NCBI GenBank assembly: GCA_902585605.1 | Contig: CACIED010000004.1 | Location: 1,637 to 65,636 of the forward strand | Length of the DNA: 64,000 nt | Origin: an uncultured Alphaproteobacteria bacterium | Lineage (GTDB): Bacteria > Pseudomonadota > Alphaproteobacteria > HIMB59 > GCA-002718135 | Direction: 5' to 3' | Shown: one piece after another, positions 8,267 through 21,909 of the stretch | How positions within the stretch are numbered: the first letter of the stretch is position 1 | Layout: every line of letters starts with the position of its first letter | Notes under the pieces: model-generated | The model's input: the letters and a program-made list of their open reading frames with translations, nothing else | What the model was told of the DNA's origin: nothing | The model's database searches: none | Translations under genes and position numbers: made by a program

Positions 8267-9186
8267 AAACTCAAATCTATTTTGTATTAGGGCCTACAGC
8301 ATCAGGAAAATCAAAATTTGCTTTAAGTCTAGCTAACAAACTAAATGGTGAGATTATAAATGCTGATAGTATGCAAATTTATCATGAGTTAAATATCTTA
8401 ACTGCTAGACCAACTATAAATGATCAAAAAAAAATTAATCATCATCTTTATGGATTTGTAAAAGGTGATGTTAGATTTAATGTTCAAAAATGGTGTGAGG
8501 AAGCATCAAAAAAAATTAATTATTTGATTAATAAAAATATAACACCTATTTTAGTTGGAGGTACAGGTCTTTACGTAGAATCTTTAATTAATGGAATAGT
8601 TTCAATTCCATCTATTCCAGAAAAAGTAAAAATAGAAGCAGATAAAATGATTTTAAAAATTGGTAAGGAAAATTTTTTTAATTTAGTTAAAGAGCTTGAC
8701 AGTGATGCAATGATTAATATTGCACAGAACGATATTCAAAGAACAAAAAGAATATGGGAAGTTAATCTTTTTACTAAGAAAAAATTTAGTGACTGGAAAA
8801 AAAGTAAAAATAAAAATTTTATTAATTTAGAAAATTATAAAATATTATTATTTCTTCCAAATAGAAAAGAAAACTATAGAAGAGTAGATCATAGAACACA
8901 TTTAATGATCCAAGATGGCGCTATAGAGGAAGTTAAAAATTTACTTAAATTAAATTACAAAAATAGTTTACCAATAATGAAAGCTCATGGGGTTCCTGAA
9001 ATTCAATCTTATCTTAACAACGAAATATCAATTCAAGAATGTATTTCTAAAATTCAGCAGGTCACAAGAAATTATGTAAAGAGACAACACACTTGGTGGA
9101 GATCTTCAAATCTTAATATTTTTAAAAAATTTGATCAATTTCCAGACAAAATTGACATTAAATCCATTAATTTAGACCAAAATTGA
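8263..9186 (+). CDS. miaA: tRNA dimethylallyltransferase
   Basis: GPTASGKS, INADSMQIY, LVGGTGLY, TRNYVKRQHTW. Confidence 0.95.
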   Translation: MKTQIYFVLGPTASGKSKFALSLANKLNGEIINADSMQIYHELNILTARPTINDQKKINHHLYGFVKGDVRFNVQKWCEEASKKINYLINKNITPILVGGTGLYVESLINGIVSIPSIPEKVKIEADKMILKIGKENFFNLVKELDSDAMINIAQNDIQRTKRIWEVNLFTKKKFSDWKKSKNKNFINLENYKILLFLPNRKENYRRVDHRTHLMIQDGAIEEVKNLLKLNYKNSLPIMKAHGVPEIQSYLNNEISIQECISKIQQVTRNYVKRQHTWWRSSNLNIFKKFDQFPDKIDIKSINLDQN

Positions 9187-9233
9187 ACTAATTTATTGAT
9201 TTTATTTTATCCACAGCCTAAGAGCTAAAATCA

Positions 9234-10999
9234 ATGAACAATGAAATAACAGGTGCTGAAATTGTCTTAAAAAGCTTGGCTGAACAAGGTGTAGAAGTTG
9301 TATTTGGATATCCTGGCGGTGCAGTATTACCCATATATGATACTTTATTTAAACAGAATTCAATTAAACATGTTTTAGTAAGACAGGAAGGTGGCGCGAT
9401 ACATGCAGCTGAAGGTTATGCCAGGTCTACTGGTAAAACAGGAGTAGTCCTCGTAACATCAGGACCGGGGGCAACAAATGTTGTAACTGGTTTAACTGAC
9501 GCAATGATGGATAGTGTTCCTATTGTATGTATCACTGGACAAGTTCCACAGCACTTAATTGGCAGTGATGCATTTCAAGAATGCGACACAACAGGTATTA
9601 CAAGACCTTGTACGAAACATAATTATTTAGTTAAGGATGTAAATAAATTATCTTCAGTTTTTCATGAAGCATTTACTATTGCTCAAAATGGAAGACCAGG
9701 ACCTGTATTAATTGATATACCAAAAGATGTTCAATTTGCTTCTGGAACTTATGAAGAAAAAAGTAAAATAATTATACCTTCACATAGATTATTTGAACCA
9801 AGTCCTGATTTTGAAAAAAATAAAATTGAAGAAGCAGTAGAATTAATTTCAAAATCTAAAAAACCAATTTTTTATATTGGCGGTGGATGTATTAATTCTG
9901 GTCCAAAAGCTTCAAAATTAGTTAGAGAATTTATAAATATGGTTGGATCACCTGTAACAATGACTTTAATGGGTCTTGGTGTAGTAGCTTCATCAGATAA
10001 AAACTCACTTGGCATGCTTGGTATGCACGGAATGTATGAAGCTAATATGGCAATGCATGAATGTGATGTTATGATTAATATTGGAGCAAGATTTGATGAT
10101 CGTGTTACAGGAAGACTTGATGCTTTTTCACCAAATTCAAAAAAAATCCATATTGATATTGATGAAAGTAATATTAATAAAACTATAAATGTTGATGTTC
10201 CAATAATAGGTGATGTAAAACAAGTTGTTGAAAAGATGATTGAAGTTTGGAAAGAAAAGAAACTTCAGATTGATGATAAGGCACTTAAATTATGGTGGGA
10301 TAAAATAACTAAATGGAAAAAAGTAGATTGTTTAAACTACAATAACGAAGGTAAACAGATTAAACCTCAATATGCAGTTCAAAGACTCTACGAGTTAACA
10401 AAAAATACAAAAACTTTTATTACTACTGAAGTTGGTCAGCATCAAATGTGGGCTGCTCAATTTTATAAATTTGAGCAACCAAATAGATGGCTGACGTCAG
10501 GTGGTTTAGGAACTATGGGATATGGATTTCCTGCCGCAATTGGAGCTCAAATTGGACATCCAGATGCCTTAGTGGTCGATATAGCAGGAGATGCTTCTAT
10601 TCTTATGAATATTCAAGAAATGAGTACAGCAGTTCAATATAGACTACCAGTGAAAATATTTATCCTAAATAATGAATACATGGGTATGGTAAGACAATGG
10701 CAGGAACTCTTACATGGTGGAAGATATTCCGAAAGTTATACTGATAGTTTACCTGACTTTGTAAAATTAGCTGAAAGTTATAAAGCTGTAGGTTTAAGAG
10801 CGAAGACTACTGATGATCTTGATGATGTTATAACGGAAATGATTGAAACAAAAAATACAGTTATTGCAGATATTTGGGTTACTAAAGAAGAGAATTGTTT
10901 TCCAATGATACAAAGTGGTTCTGCTCATAATGAAATGATGTTAAGTAAAGATCAAAAACAAGATAAAAAATCAGCCGAAAAAGGAAAAATTTTAGTTTA

Positions 11000-11000
<1 letters not shown>
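9234..11000 (+). CDS. ilvB: Acetolactate synthase large subunit
   Basis: FGYPGGAVLP, RPGPVLIDIPKD, GMLGMHG, SGGLGTMG, GDASILMN. Confidence 0.96.
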
Positions 11001-12561
<1,561 letters not shown>

Positions 12562-12590
12562 ATGAAAGTTTAATAAAATTTTTATTAGTG

Positions 12591-12596
12591 TATAAT
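12591..12596 (+). promoter_or_regulatory. -10 box of a probable leaderless leuA promoter
   Basis: Perfect TATAAT ending 7 nt before the leuA ATG; no Shine-Dalgarno sequence. Confidence 0.45.
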
Positions 12597-12603
12597 CATT
12601 GTA

Positions 12604-14160
12604 ATGACTGAAAAAATTTATATTTTTGACACAACTCTTCGTGACGGAGAGCAGTCTCCGGGAGCATCAATGAATTTAGATGAAAAACTTCAAATTGCTG
12701 AAGTACTTGACTCTATGAAGGTTGATATCATTGAAGCAGGATTTCCAATTGCTTCTAATGGAGATTTTGAGGCAGTTTCTGAAGTTAGTAAGCATGTAAA
12801 ACACTCAACTATAGCTGGTTTAGCAAGAGCAAGTTTTAGAGATATTGACCGTGCTTGGGAAGCAGTACAATATGCTAAATCTCCAAGAATTCATACTTTT
12901 ATTGCAACCAGCCCTCTACATATGAAATATAAATTAAAGAAAACTGAAGAAGAAGTTTTAGAAGCTATTAAAAAGACTGTCTCTCACGCAAGAAATCTTT
13001 GTGATAATATTGAATGGAGCTGTGAAGATGGTGGAAGATCAGAGTTAGAATTTTTATATCAATGTATTGAGCTTGCTATTAACTCTGGCGCTTCAACAAT
13101 AAATATTCCTGATACGGTTGGTTATACACTACCAGAAGAGTTCGGTAAAATTTTTAAAAATGTAAAAAATAATGTTCCTAACATTGATAAGGCAATTCTT
13201 TCTACTCACACACATAATGACTTAGGTTTAGCCACAGCAAATAATGTTGCTGCAATTAAACAAGGTGCAAGACAAGTAGAGTGCACAATTAATGGTATGG
13301 GTGAAAGGGCTGGAAATTCTTCACTAGAAGAAATTGTTATGACTTTAAAAGTAAAAAAAGATCTAATGCCTTTTCATACAGATATTAAAACTGAATCTAT
13401 TATGAAAGCTTCTAGATTAGTATCATCAATAACAGGCTTTCCAGTTCAGCCAAATAAAGCGATAGTTGGTGCAAATGCTTTTGCTCATGAAGCAGGAATA
13501 CATCAAGATGGTATGCTTAAACATGCTGGAACTTATGAAATTATGACGCCTGAATCAATAGGGTTGAACAAATCTTCACTAGTTCTTGGCAAACATTCAG
13601 GCAAACATGCATTTTCAGAAAAATTAAAAGAACTTGGTTATGAAGTGGGTGATAATGCCTTAATGGAATTATTTGGAAGATTTAAGGATTTAGCAGATAA
13701 GAAAAAAGAAATATTTGAAGAAGATTTAATCGCATTAGCAGAAGATAGAACATCGACTTATGATGAACACATTAAGTTTGTATCCTTAGAGGTAAATGCT
13801 GGATCTGTCGAAAAAGCTGAAGCTAAATTAAAGATAGAAATTAACGATAATTTGGAAAATATTAAAATTAACGGTAATGGCCCTGTTGATGCAACATTTA
13901 ATGCTATAAAAAAACTTACAAATACTGAATTTAAGCTTAAGCTTTATCAGGTAAATGCAATTACAGCAGGAACTGATGCGCAAGGAGAGGTCACTGTTAG
14001 ACTTGAAGATAAAGATTTATCATCTCAAGCAAAAGGAAGTGATCCTGATATTATTGTTGCTTCAGCAAAAGCTTATATAAATGCATTAAACAGATTGATC
14101 TTTAAAAAAACTAAATCTATTAAAGAGAATACAGCAAGTTTAAAAATAGAAGGGGTTTAA
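12604..14160 (+). CDS. leuA: 2-isopropylmalate synthase
   Basis: FDTTLRDGEQ, HTHNDLG, GERAGN, HEAGIHQDG; C-terminal regulatory domain. Confidence 0.97.
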   Translation: MTEKIYIFDTTLRDGEQSPGASMNLDEKLQIAEVLDSMKVDIIEAGFPIASNGDFEAVSEVSKHVKHSTIAGLARASFRDIDRAWEAVQYAKSPRIHTFIATSPLHMKYKLKKTEEEVLEAIKKTVSHARNLCDNIEWSCEDGGRSELEFLYQCIELAINSGASTINIPDTVGYTLPEEFGKIFKNVKNNVPNIDKAILSTHTHNDLGLATANNVAAIKQGARQVECTINGMGERAGNSSLEEIVMTLKVKKDLMPFHTDIKTESIMKASRLVSSITGFPVQPNKAIVGANAFAHEAGIHQDGMLKHAGTYEIMTPESIGLNKSSLVLGKHSGKHAFSEKLKELGYEVGDNALMELFGRFKDLADKKKEIFEEDLIALAEDRTSTYDEHIKFVSLEVNAGSVEKAEAKLKIEINDNLENIKINGNGPVDATFNAIKKLTNTEFKLKLYQVNAITAGTDAQGEVTVRLEDKDLSSQAKGSDPDIIVASAKAYINALNRLIFKKTKSIKENTASLKIEGV

Positions 14161-15204
<1,044 letters not shown>

Positions 15205-15212
15205 TAATTATA

Positions 15213-16034
15213 ATGGCACCAAAGTTCCAAATAAAGATTTTTCAATTATCAAGATTTATAAAAAACTTTACAATTATTTCTGTAGTCACGATTTCATTTC
15301 TTTTAGTCTTTTTTTCAAAAACTGATTATTATCTTGTATATGGGATAAAAAATATATCGAGTGCTGTAGTCGTTCCAGTTACAAGATTTATTTCAGCACC
15401 TGTAAATGCTTTTTCAAATTTTGTTGACGAATATAATGAATTTAGAAGTTTAAAATTTGAAAACAAAATTCTTCAAGAAGAAATAATACGTTTAAAAAAA
15501 TGGCAAACATTAGCAATACAAAATTCAAGAGAGAATAAAGTTTTAAAAAAACTGCTAAATGCAACTGATAATAATTTAATTTTAATTAAAACTGCATCTC
15601 TTGTTAATAGAAATGATACTATTTATAGTAAACTTATAAACTTGAATGCTGGTTATGAAGATAAAATTAAGAAAAATATGTCAGTTATCAATGAAAGAGG
15701 ATTAGTCGGTAAGGTAATTGATACAACTGCTAAAAATTCAAGAGTTATACTTTTAACTGATCCAAATTTATCTATTTCAGTAAAATCTATATCGGATGGT
15801 ATTTTTTCGTTACTAACTGGCAATGGAGATGGCAAATATCTAGTGAGCTCTTTTGTGAAAGAAAATAAAATGCCAAGATTAGGAGATATTGTAGTGACAA
15901 GTGGCACAGCGCAAATTTTCCCCGTAGATTTATTAGTTGGTAAAGTAGCTAAAGTTGAAAAAAATAGATTTTTCGTTCTACCATTTGTTGATTTTGAAAA
16001 TATTGATTATCTTCAAATAGTTACTTCAAAATAA
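15213..16034 (+). CDS. mreC: Rod shape-determining protein MreC
   Basis: TM helix plus coiled coil, GLVGKV, SRVILLTD, VVTSG; follows mreB. Confidence 0.9.
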   Translation: MAPKFQIKIFQLSRFIKNFTIISVVTISFLLVFFSKTDYYLVYGIKNISSAVVVPVTRFISAPVNAFSNFVDEYNEFRSLKFENKILQEEIIRLKKWQTLAIQNSRENKVLKKLLNATDNNLILIKTASLVNRNDTIYSKLINLNAGYEDKIKKNMSVINERGLVGKVIDTTAKNSRVILLTDPNLSISVKSISDGIFSLLTGNGDGKYLVSSFVKENKMPRLGDIVVTSGTAQIFPVDLLVGKVAKVEKNRFFVLPFVDFENIDYLQIVTSK

Positions 16035-16519
16035 TGGAGTTTTCCAAATTATTTAATTCCTCTATAAAACTAAATATTATTCTAATTATAAGCTTTTCAA
16101 TTTCTGTAAATTCTTTTATTTTATTTCCAAATATTAATAATGCATTTTACGTACTTTTCCACTTAACTTTTATCTATCTAATTTTTTATCATTATCATTA
16201 TTATCTTTATGTCGTTGCTATGGTATATGGAATTTTATTTGATATATTATTATTAAATTATATAGGTGCGCATTTAATAACTTTTTTATCTGTTTTAATC
16301 TTTTTTGTTTTACTTAAAAAATATTTAATTAGATTATCTTCTTATCAAATAATTTTTATTTATTTTATAACTTTAATAGTTTTACTTTTATTTGAACAAT
16401 TATTAGCAAATCTCATAAATGACTATAAATTTAATGTATTTTTAATTTTCAATTTCTTTTTAATTTCTTTAATTATTTTTATTCCTACTGTATTTTTATT
16501 TAATAAGTTAGATAAGTGA
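16034..16519 (+). CDS. mreD: Rod shape-determining protein MreD (diverged)
   Basis: Hydrophobic 161-aa protein with YGILFDILL; located between mreC and mrdA. Confidence 0.75.
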   Translation: MEFSKLFNSSIKLNIILIISFSISVNSFILFPNINNAFYVLFHLTFIYLIFYHYHYYLYVVAMVYGILFDILLLNYIGAHLITFLSVLIFFVLLKKYLIRLSSYQIIFIYFITLIVLLLFEQLLANLINDYKFNVFLIFNFFLISLIIFIPTVFLFNKLDK

Positions 16520-16520
16520 C

Positions 16521-18323
16521 ATGTTCTATTCAGATGATAAAAAACAATATTCAGTACTTAATAGAAGAACGTTTTTTTTATATTTATTAAAGGTATCATT
16601 TTTTGGAATTGTAGGATGGAGACTATATGATATTCAAATCAAAAATTCTGAAAAATATAAGACTCTTTCTAAAAATAATCAGATAGATGTGGAAATTATA
16701 TACCCTCTTAGAGGAAAGATTTATGATATTAATAATAAGATCTTAGCATCTAATACTAAAGTATTTGACGTATACATAATTCCTGAAAATACCAAAAATA
16801 TAAATAAATCTCTTAACGAATTAAATCAAATTATAAAAATAGATTTTAGTGATAGAAGAAAAATAATAGAATTATCTAAAAAAGTTAAAAAATTTGAAAA
16901 AATAAAAGTATTAGAAAACATTAATTGGTCTGAACTTGAAAAAATTGAATCAAATAAGTTTAATATTGAGGGAATATTTATTTCTCAAGATTATATGAGA
17001 ATTTACCAGTATAATAATACTGTTTCACATTTAATTGGTTATACAAATAAACCTAATCGAGAAGAAGTAGAATTACCTTTTATTGCAAATATGCCTAATT
17101 TAGAAATAGGAAAAGATGGTATTGAAAAAAGTTTTAATCCTAATCTCATTGGTAAATCAGGACAAAGAGAGATTGAAGTAAACTCTTATGGAAGAGTAAT
17201 ACGTGAAATATCTAGGCAAGATAGTCAAAAGGGAAATGATATTTATATTACTATAGATCTAAGAATTCAAAAATATGCTTTAAATTTATTAAAAGAACAT
17301 AAGGCAGGATCAGCGGTACTTATGGATATTAACAATGGAAACATCCTATGTATGGCTTCTACTCCATCTTATAATCCTAATAAAATTATACAAAAACCAA
17401 ATAAAGAATATTGGGACTCAATTTTAGAGAATGAACTCTCACCACTTACTTATAGATGTATTCAAGGTTTGTATGCCCCAGGATCAACTTTTAAAATGGT
17501 TGTTGCGATTGCTGGAATTGTACACGGGGTAATAGATACTAATACAAAACATTTTTGTAGTGGAAAAATTGGTTTGGGAGATAGACTTTATCACTGTTGG
17601 AAAAATAATGGTCATGGATTAATGAATGTAAGTGATGCAATTAAAGAATCATGTGATGTTTATTTTTATGAAATCTCAAAAAAGATAGGCATAGATAAAA
17701 TTGCTGAAGTTGCTGAAGATTTTGGTTTAGGAAAAATTTATGATGTCCCCTTACCTAATCAAAAAAAAGGCATAATTCCTTCTCGTGATTGGAAAAAGAA
17801 AAAATATGATGAAAGTTGGTATCCTGGAGAGACTTTAATTTCAGCAATTGGACAAGGGTTTGTATTAACTAATCCACTTCAACTTGCTGTAATGACTTCA
17901 ATAATTGCTTCTAATGGAAAAAATGTAAGACCAAATATAATTAAAAAAAATAATGATTTTGAATTTGAAAAATTAGAAAAATATCAGAATGCAATTAAAA
18001 TTATCAAAAGTTCAATGTTTAAAGCTGTTAATGAAAGTAAAGGCACAGCATATAATTCAAGATCAGAGTCTACACCTTTTGCAGGTAAAACAGGTACTTC
18101 ACAAGTTAGAAGAATAACTGTAGCTGAAAGAGAAAGTGAAGATTTTAGGAAAAAAGATGTAGAATGGAAAAAAAGAGATCACGCTTTATTTGTAGGATAC
18201 ATGCCAGTTGAAAACCCTAGATATGCTGTTTCGGTTGTTATTGAGCATGGAGGCTCAGGTGCATCAACTGCTGCACCTATAGCAAAAGAAATTTTTCAAT
18301 TTATAAAAAAATTAGAAACTTAA
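16521..18323 (+). CDS. mrdA: Penicillin-binding protein 2
   Basis: PGSTFK (SxxK), SCD (SxN-like) and AGKTGT motifs. Confidence 0.95.
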   Translation: MFYSDDKKQYSVLNRRTFFLYLLKVSFFGIVGWRLYDIQIKNSEKYKTLSKNNQIDVEIIYPLRGKIYDINNKILASNTKVFDVYIIPENTKNINKSLNELNQIIKIDFSDRRKIIELSKKVKKFEKIKVLENINWSELEKIESNKFNIEGIFISQDYMRIYQYNNTVSHLIGYTNKPNREEVELPFIANMPNLEIGKDGIEKSFNPNLIGKSGQREIEVNSYGRVIREISRQDSQKGNDIYITIDLRIQKYALNLLKEHKAGSAVLMDINNGNILCMASTPSYNPNKIIQKPNKEYWDSILENELSPLTYRCIQGLYAPGSTFKMVVAIAGIVHGVIDTNTKHFCSGKIGLGDRLYHCWKNNGHGLMNVSDAIKESCDVYFYEISKKIGIDKIAEVAEDFGLGKIYDVPLPNQKKGIIPSRDWKKKKYDESWYPGETLISAIGQGFVLTNPLQLAVMTSIIASNGKNVRPNIIKKNNDFEFEKLEKYQNAIKIIKSSMFKAVNESKGTAYNSRSESTPFAGKTGTSQVRRITVAERESEDFRKKDVEWKKRDHALFVGYMPVENPRYAVSVVIEHGGSGASTAAPIAKEIFQFIKKLET

Positions 18324-19420
18324 TGTTAAATAAAATTCAAAACTTAAATTATTTATTGATTTTTTTAGTAATATTAATTTCATTTATTGGAGCAGCAGGT
18401 TTATATTCTGCTGCAGGAGGATCATATAATCCTTGGGCATCAAGACATTTAATTAGATTAGTTTTATTTATTTTTTTAGCAGTTATTCTAGCCTTATTAA
18501 ATATCAAGTATATTTATCAATTTGCGTATGTTTTTTTTATCTTATCTTTGTTACTGTTGCTTTCTGTAGAATTAATTGGTGTTTTTGGCAAAGGTGCAAC
18601 TAGATGGATAAATTTATTTGGCTTTAGCATTCAACCTTCGGAATTAATAAAAATAACTATTATACTTGCACTGGCGAGATTTTATCATGATTTAAAATTT
18701 GATGAAATTAAAAGAATAAAAAATTTATTTTTTCCAATTTTAATTTTGTTTTTACCTTTTGCTTTGGTAGTAGTTCAACCAGATCTTGGAACTGCTTTAA
18801 GCATAGCAATGCTTGGAATTCTCGTTCTATTTGCAAGTGGAATAAGAATTTGGAAGTTTGTATTAGGATTTTTTGTTCTAATTTTATCAATTCCTTTGTC
18901 ATTAAATTACTTACAACCATATCAAAAAGATAGAATTTTCTCTTTTTTAAATCCTGAAGCAGATGCGCTTGGCAGAGGATATCAACTCATACAATCAAAA
19001 ATTGCTTTAGGATCGGGAGGTTTAACAGGTAAAGGATTTTTGGAAGGCTCTCAATCTTATCTACAATATTTACCTGAAAAACAAACTGATTTTATATTTA
19101 CGTTAATTGGAGAAGAATTTGGTTTTATTGGTACTATATTTATAATTTTACTATTTTTTTTATTAATTTCAGTTTGTTTTTATGTAAGCATTAAATCAAA
19201 TCATATCTTTGGTAGGATTCTTTCTATCGGAGTTGGCAGCAATTTATTTATATATGTGATAATGAACATATCTATGGTATCTGGATTAATGCCTGTTGTT
19301 GGAATTCCATTACCTTTAGTTTCTTATGGGGGATCAGCAATGCTTGCTATAATTATATCTCTGGGATTAGTTCTTAACGCAGAATTGAATGCAAATTTAA
19401 AGAAATTACATAATGCTTGA
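18323..19420 (+). CDS. rodA: Rod shape-determining protein RodA
   Basis: IQPSELIK, QPDLGT, PEKQTDFIF, PLVSYGGS. Confidence 0.95.
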   Translation: MLNKIQNLNYLLIFLVILISFIGAAGLYSAAGGSYNPWASRHLIRLVLFIFLAVILALLNIKYIYQFAYVFFILSLLLLLSVELIGVFGKGATRWINLFGFSIQPSELIKITIILALARFYHDLKFDEIKRIKNLFFPILILFLPFALVVVQPDLGTALSIAMLGILVLFASGIRIWKFVLGFFVLILSIPLSLNYLQPYQKDRIFSFLNPEADALGRGYQLIQSKIALGSGGLTGKGFLEGSQSYLQYLPEKQTDFIFTLIGEEFGFIGTIFIILLFFLLISVCFYVSIKSNHIFGRILSIGVGSNLFIYVIMNISMVSGLMPVVGIPLPLVSYGGSAMLAIIISLGLVLNAELNANLKKLHNA

Positions 19421-20183
19421 AATAAATAAGGTTCATAAATTTTTTGGAGGATTAAAAGCAGTTCATAACGCATCAATGAAAGTTGAAATGGGTTCCATTA
19501 CAGGTTTAATAGGTCCAAATGGAGCAGGAAAAACAACATTATTTAATACTATTGCAGGATTATATGATCCAGATAAGGGAAATATAATTCTTAATAATGA
19601 AGATATTTCTTTTTTAAAACCACATGAGTTATTTGCTAAAGGAGTTCTAAGAACCTTTCAAATTGCCCATGAATTTTCAACTTTAACTGTCCTTGAAAAT
19701 TTAATGATGGTACCACCAAATCAATTTGGTGAAAAATTATCATATGCTTTATTAAGTAATGCTAAAGTAAAACAACAAGAAGAAGAAATAAGACAAAAAG
19801 CTATAGAAGTAATAAATTTTTTAAATTTAAGTCACTTAACTCAAGAACTTGCTGGCAACTTATCTGGTGGTCAAAAAAAACTACTTGAGTTAGGGAGAAC
19901 CATGATGGTTGATCCTCAAATCGTTTTACTTGATGAAGTAGGAGCCGGAGTTAATAGAACACTTCTAAATGAAATTACAGATGCAATATTAAGATTAAAT
20001 AAAGAAAAGAATTATACTTTTTTCGTAATTGAACATGATATGGGCCTTATTGAAAAAATTTGTGATCCTGTAATCGTGATGGCGGAAGGTTCAGTTTTAT
20101 TTAAAGGAAATTTTAATGAAGTAAAAAATAACGATACAGTTATAGAAGCTTATTTAGGAAAAGGTATTAATAATAAGAATTAG
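19413..20183 (+). CDS. livG: Branched-chain amino acid ABC transporter ATPase (LivG-like)
   Basis: GPNGAGKTT, LSGGQKK, IEHDM. Confidence 0.88.
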   Translation: MLEINKVHKFFGGLKAVHNASMKVEMGSITGLIGPNGAGKTTLFNTIAGLYDPDKGNIILNNEDISFLKPHELFAKGVLRTFQIAHEFSTLTVLENLMMVPPNQFGEKLSYALLSNAKVKQQEEEIRQKAIEVINFLNLSHLTQELAGNLSGGQKKLLELGRTMMVDPQIVLLDEVGAGVNRTLLNEITDAILRLNKEKNYTFFVIEHDMGLIEKICDPVIVMAEGSVLFKGNFNEVKNNDTVIEAYLGKGINNKN

Positions 20184-20189
20184 AATTTT

Positions 20190-20894
20190 ATGAATAATTT
20201 AATTGGTAAAAATTTAACAGCTGGATATGGAGGGGTTGATATAATTAAAGATATTAATCTAGAAGTAAACGAGAGTGAAATTGTTGTCATCGTTGGTCCA
20301 AATGGAGCAGGGAAATCAACAGCAATGAAAGCATTACTAGGCATGTTAAGTTTAACTTCAGGTTCTGTCGAATATTCAAATGAAGAAATTTCTTCAATGC
20401 TTCCTCAAAATAGAATTAATTTAGGATTGGCTTTCGTTCCTCAAACAAACAATGTGTTTACTGGTATGACAGTAGAAGAAAATTTAGAAATGGGAGGGTT
20501 TTTAAGAGAGGATGACATTATTCATACAATTAATGATGTTTATGACCTTTTTCCTATTTTAAAAGAAAAAAGAAATCAAAGTGCAGGAGAATTATCTGGA
20601 GGTCAAAGACAACAAGTAGCTTTTGGAAGAGCTCTTATGACTCAACCAAAAATTTTAATGTTAGATGAACCAACTGCAGGAGTATCACCAATAGTAATGG
20701 ATGAGTTATTTTCAAGAATCATAGAAGTTCGTAAAACTGGTGTTGGGATACTAATGGTTGAACAAAATGCAAAACAAGCACTTGGTATTGCTGATAGAGG
20801 ATACGTATTAGTAAATGGAAAAAATAGTAGAGAAGGTACAGGTGAAGAGTTACTAAATAATCCAGAAGTTAGAAAGTCTTTCTTAGGAGGTTAA
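20190..20894 (+). CDS. livF: Branched-chain amino acid ABC transporter ATPase (LivF-like)
   Basis: GPNGAGKST, LSGGQRQ, LDEPTAG, MVEQN. Confidence 0.88.
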   Translation: MNNLIGKNLTAGYGGVDIIKDINLEVNESEIVVIVGPNGAGKSTAMKALLGMLSLTSGSVEYSNEEISSMLPQNRINLGLAFVPQTNNVFTGMTVEENLEMGGFLREDDIIHTINDVYDLFPILKEKRNQSAGELSGGQRQQVAFGRALMTQPKILMLDEPTAGVSPIVMDELFSRIIEVRKTGVGILMVEQNAKQALGIADRGYVLVNGKNSREGTGEELLNNPEVRKSFLGG

Positions 20895-20895
20895 A

Positions 20896-21909
20896 ATGAT
20901 TGATTTTCTGCATTCTATAATTGTACTTCTGAATTTTATTATTATTCCTGGTATTTCTTATGGATCTCAACTAGCACTTGGAGCACTTGGAGTTACATTC
21001 GTTTATGCCATACTTCGTTTTGCAAATTTTGCACACGGAGAAATAATGTCATTTGGAGCGATGATAACAATTTTATTTACATGGTTTTTTCAATCACAAA
21101 ATATTGGTTTAGGAATTCTGCCAACTGCCTTGTTAGCTTTACCTGTAGGAATAATAGCAACAATTATCTTATGTATTATTTCTGATAAATTTGTTTTTCA
21201 ATATTACAGATATCAAAAAAGTGTTCCTGTTGTTTTAGCGATGGTTTCAATAGGGGTTATGTTCGTAATAAATGCAATAATAAGAATTGTTATTGGAACA
21301 GAAACTATAAAATTTTCTGATGGACAGAAATTTATAATGAAAGCGAAACAGTTTAAAGTAATGACGGGTTTAAATGAAGGATTAGCATTAAAATCTTCTC
21401 AAGTAATTACAATATTAATTACTATTTTACTTTTAACTTTTACTTTTTGGTTTTTGCAAAAAACAAAAACTGGAAAATCAATGAGAGCATTTTCTGATAA
21501 TGAAGATTTAGCATTATTATCAGGTATTAATCCTGATAGAGTAGTATCCACTACTTGGATTATTGTAGGAGTTCTAGCTTGTGTTGCAGGAACACTTTAT
21601 GGTTTAGATAAAAGTTATAAACCTATTATTTATCTCAATTTAGTCTTGCCAATATTTGCCTCAGCAATTGTTGGAGGCATTGGCAGTCCTTTTGGAGCTG
21701 TGGTAGGTGGCTATGTAATAGCATTTTCAGAAATTATGGTTACCTATGCTTACAAGAAGTTTTTTGTGTATCTACTCCCAAGCTCTTTAGAGCCAAGTGG
21801 TTTAGTACAATTACTTTCAACAGATTATAAATTTGCTGTATCATTTTCAATTTTAGTCATCGTTTTACTAATAAGGCCATCGGGAATATTTAAAGGAAGA
21901 GTTTTATGA
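20896..21909 (+). CDS. livH: Branched-chain amino acid ABC transporter permease (LivH-like)
   Basis: FANFAHGE, GKSMRA, IVGGIGS. Confidence 0.85.
   Translation: MIDFLHSIIVLLNFIIIPGISYGSQLALGALGVTFVYAILRFANFAHGEIMSFGAMITILFTWFFQSQNIGLGILPTALLALPVGIIATIILCIISDKFVFQYYRYQKSVPVVLAMVSIGVMFVINAIIRIVIGTETIKFSDGQKFIMKAKQFKVMTGLNEGLALKSSQVITILITILLLTFTFWFLQKTKTGKSMRAFSDNEDLALLSGINPDRVVSTTWIIVGVLACVAGTLYGLDKSYKPIIYLNLVLPIFASAIVGGIGSPFGAVVGGYVIAFSEIMVTYAYKKFFVYLLPSSLEPSGLVQLLSTDYKFAVSFSILVIVLLIRPSGIFKGRVL

Noticed and set aside
9207-9215. Perfect DnaA box TTATCCACA upstream of ilvB
   Set aside because: Single copy. About one such AT-rich 9-mer is expected by chance in a window of this size and composition, and there is no cluster or origin context.
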